Assembly: GCF_009914755.1 (NCBI RefSeq)
Contig: NC_060926.1
Strand: one strand, 5' to 3'
Origin: the human T2T-CHM13v2.0 reference genome, Homo sapiens
DNA length: 64,000 nucleotides
Under the pieces are notes generated by a model, which was not told the DNA's origin, did not search any database, and worked only from the letters and a program-made list of their open reading frames with translations. A program made the translations under genes and the position numbers. Shown in pieces: positions 62,063 through 64,000 of the stretch (positions within the stretch are counted from its first letter, which is position 1; every line of letters starts with the position of its first letter).

Positions 62063-62311
62063 TTAAGAATACCATGCTTGATCTTGTATCTCCCTCTGGA
62101 TTTGGCCATACAGAGTTGTCCATGGGAATCTAACTGAAAAAGGAAGAGGACTCCTATGGGAAATGGCAGTTCTTGGGAAATAAAGCTAGTTGAGAAAGAA
62201 GTTGTCAGATGAGACAAATGTATTATTGTTTGATGGTGAAGGAAACAACCAACAAAGAATTAGATCTAATACATGAGTTCAGGAAGGTTGCTGGTCAACA
62301 TATAAAAATTA

Positions 62312-62641
<330 letters not shown>

Positions 62642-62693
62642 TCAAAAATGGTCATCAAAACCCATAAAGTATGTAGGAATTAGCCTAACCAAG

Positions 62694-63086
62694 TGTTATG
62701 AGCTGAATTATGGTCCTGGTCCTCCAAATTTCATAGGTTGAACTCCTAACCCCCAATACCTCAGAATGTGACTATATTTGGAGGTAGAGTTTTTACAGAG
62801 GCAATTAAGTTAATGTGGGGTCATTAGGGTGAGCCCTACTCCGATATGACTGGTGTCCTTATAAGAAGAAGTGACTAGGTACACAAGCACACACACAGAA
62901 GACCATGTGAAGAATCAGGGAGGAGAAAGTCATTTACACCAAGGAGAGAGGTCTCAGAAGAAACCAACCCTGCCAACACCTTGACCTTGGACTTCCAGCC
63001 TCCAGAACTGTAAGAAAATAAATTTGTATTGTTTAAGCCACCCAGCCTGTGGTACTTTGTTATGGCAGTCCTAGCAAACTGATATA
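62694..63086 (+). mobile_element. MLT1B-like solo LTR inserted in an old L1 fragment
   Basis: CCTCAGAATGTGACT, GACTGGTGTCCTTATAAGAAGA, GACTTCCAGCCTCCAGAACTG, TTTAAGCCACCCAG motifs; flanks CCAAG and CCAAA. Confidence 0.88.
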
Positions 63087-63679
63087 CCAAAAATATACAA
63101 GACCTCTGTTGATGTAGGTTTGAAAACTCTCAGCAAGCTTCTTTTTCCTGTTTCTTGTCCTCCCTGCCTGTGCTATTTGGTCCTTAGCCATTAGATGGGG
63201 CAGAGCAAGGTGGCCTTCTGCTGGGCTTGGGGATGGGAGCTGGTGACAGAGTGAACCAAACAAGAAAAGGTAAAGGGTTGTAGAACAGCTGTGTTCTGTA
63301 TAGAGTGGGGTGGAAACCCAAGGAATCTATGTTATGGATGAGCTTTGGGGAATGGCTTCCTAGTTTCCTTTTAAATTTTCCTTGACTAAAATATAAAGGC
63401 ACTTATAGGTTGTATAATCCCCACTCCTTCCTTTCTTCTGGTGGCAATAATACAAGTGAAAGTGCATTTCTTCTGGCACCTACTTTCTCTTTGTTACAAG
63501 GCAGGGAGTCTTCTCATTCAATTTGGAGCTGTGTTCCTGTCACTCTAAACAAAGTAGATTGCTTTCCTTTCCTATAAGCAGGGGCCATCTGGTGAGGGGG
63601 CATTTGGCTTGAGCTTGGAGAATGAAGCAGCCACTCAGGCATCCTACCTTATGCTTGAAATGCCATTGTCAATGATAAT

Positions 63680-63945
63680 GACTAATATTTATTGAGCACT
63701 TATTATGGTGTCAGCACTGTTTGAAGTATATCACATATATTACTTCATTGAGTCTGCCAACCATCCTATGAGATGTGGCACTATTAATATCAAACCTTTT
63801 TTAGAGATAAGGAAAACTAGATACAGAAAGGTTAAGTAGTTGGCCTAAGGTCTCTCACTGGCAGCTAGGGATGGAAGCAGGATTGGAACCTGGGAAGCCT
63901 GGCTCCCAGGTCTAGGCTGGTGTTTACTACACTGCACTGTCCCTG
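63680..63945 (-). mobile_element. MIR
   Basis: ATTTATTGAGCACTTA...AGGAAAACTAGATACAGAAAGGTTAAGTA...CCTAAGGTC core. Confidence 0.8.
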
Positions 63946-64000
63946 GTATTTAGACCCTACACTGGGAATTTACTTCTCTAAATGTCTTTTTTTTTGTTCA

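Overview
Primate (almost certainly human) genomic DNA, Alu-dense and almost entirely non-coding. The only protein-coding sequence I can support is the first coding exon of SPRED2 on the minus strand: ATG at 31656, 26 nt encoding MTEETHPD plus a split Asp codon, then a GTAAGT donor. It sits in a ~2.4 kb CpG-island promoter (~30300-32750). Positions 1-31630 are SPRED2 intron 1 and positions >32300 are upstream. A second CpG island (~35400-36620) carries a plus-strand TATA box with C/EBP, C/EBP-ATF and MYB-type motifs and looks like a separate divergent promoter or enhancer. The rest is about 40 Alu/FLAM copies, a 5'-truncated L1MA-type element interrupted by five Alus, an ERV1 solo LTR, MLT1 LTRs, MER5/MER33/MER58 DNA transposons, L2/MIR relics and microsatellites. 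Nearly all ORF-track entries are Alu, L1 or GC-rich artefacts. I found no new multi-gene system. The best leads are (1) a start-stop element plus a 14-codon uORF ending 8 nt before the SPRED2 ATG, (2) the second TATA/C/EBP-ATF island, (3) a tailless U2 snRNA retrocopy ending at the branch-point-recognition sequence, (4) a perfect 66-bp tandem duplication, and (5) a locally duplicated MER5A segment carrying an AP-1 site. Repeat subfamily calls and boundaries were made by eye and are approximate.
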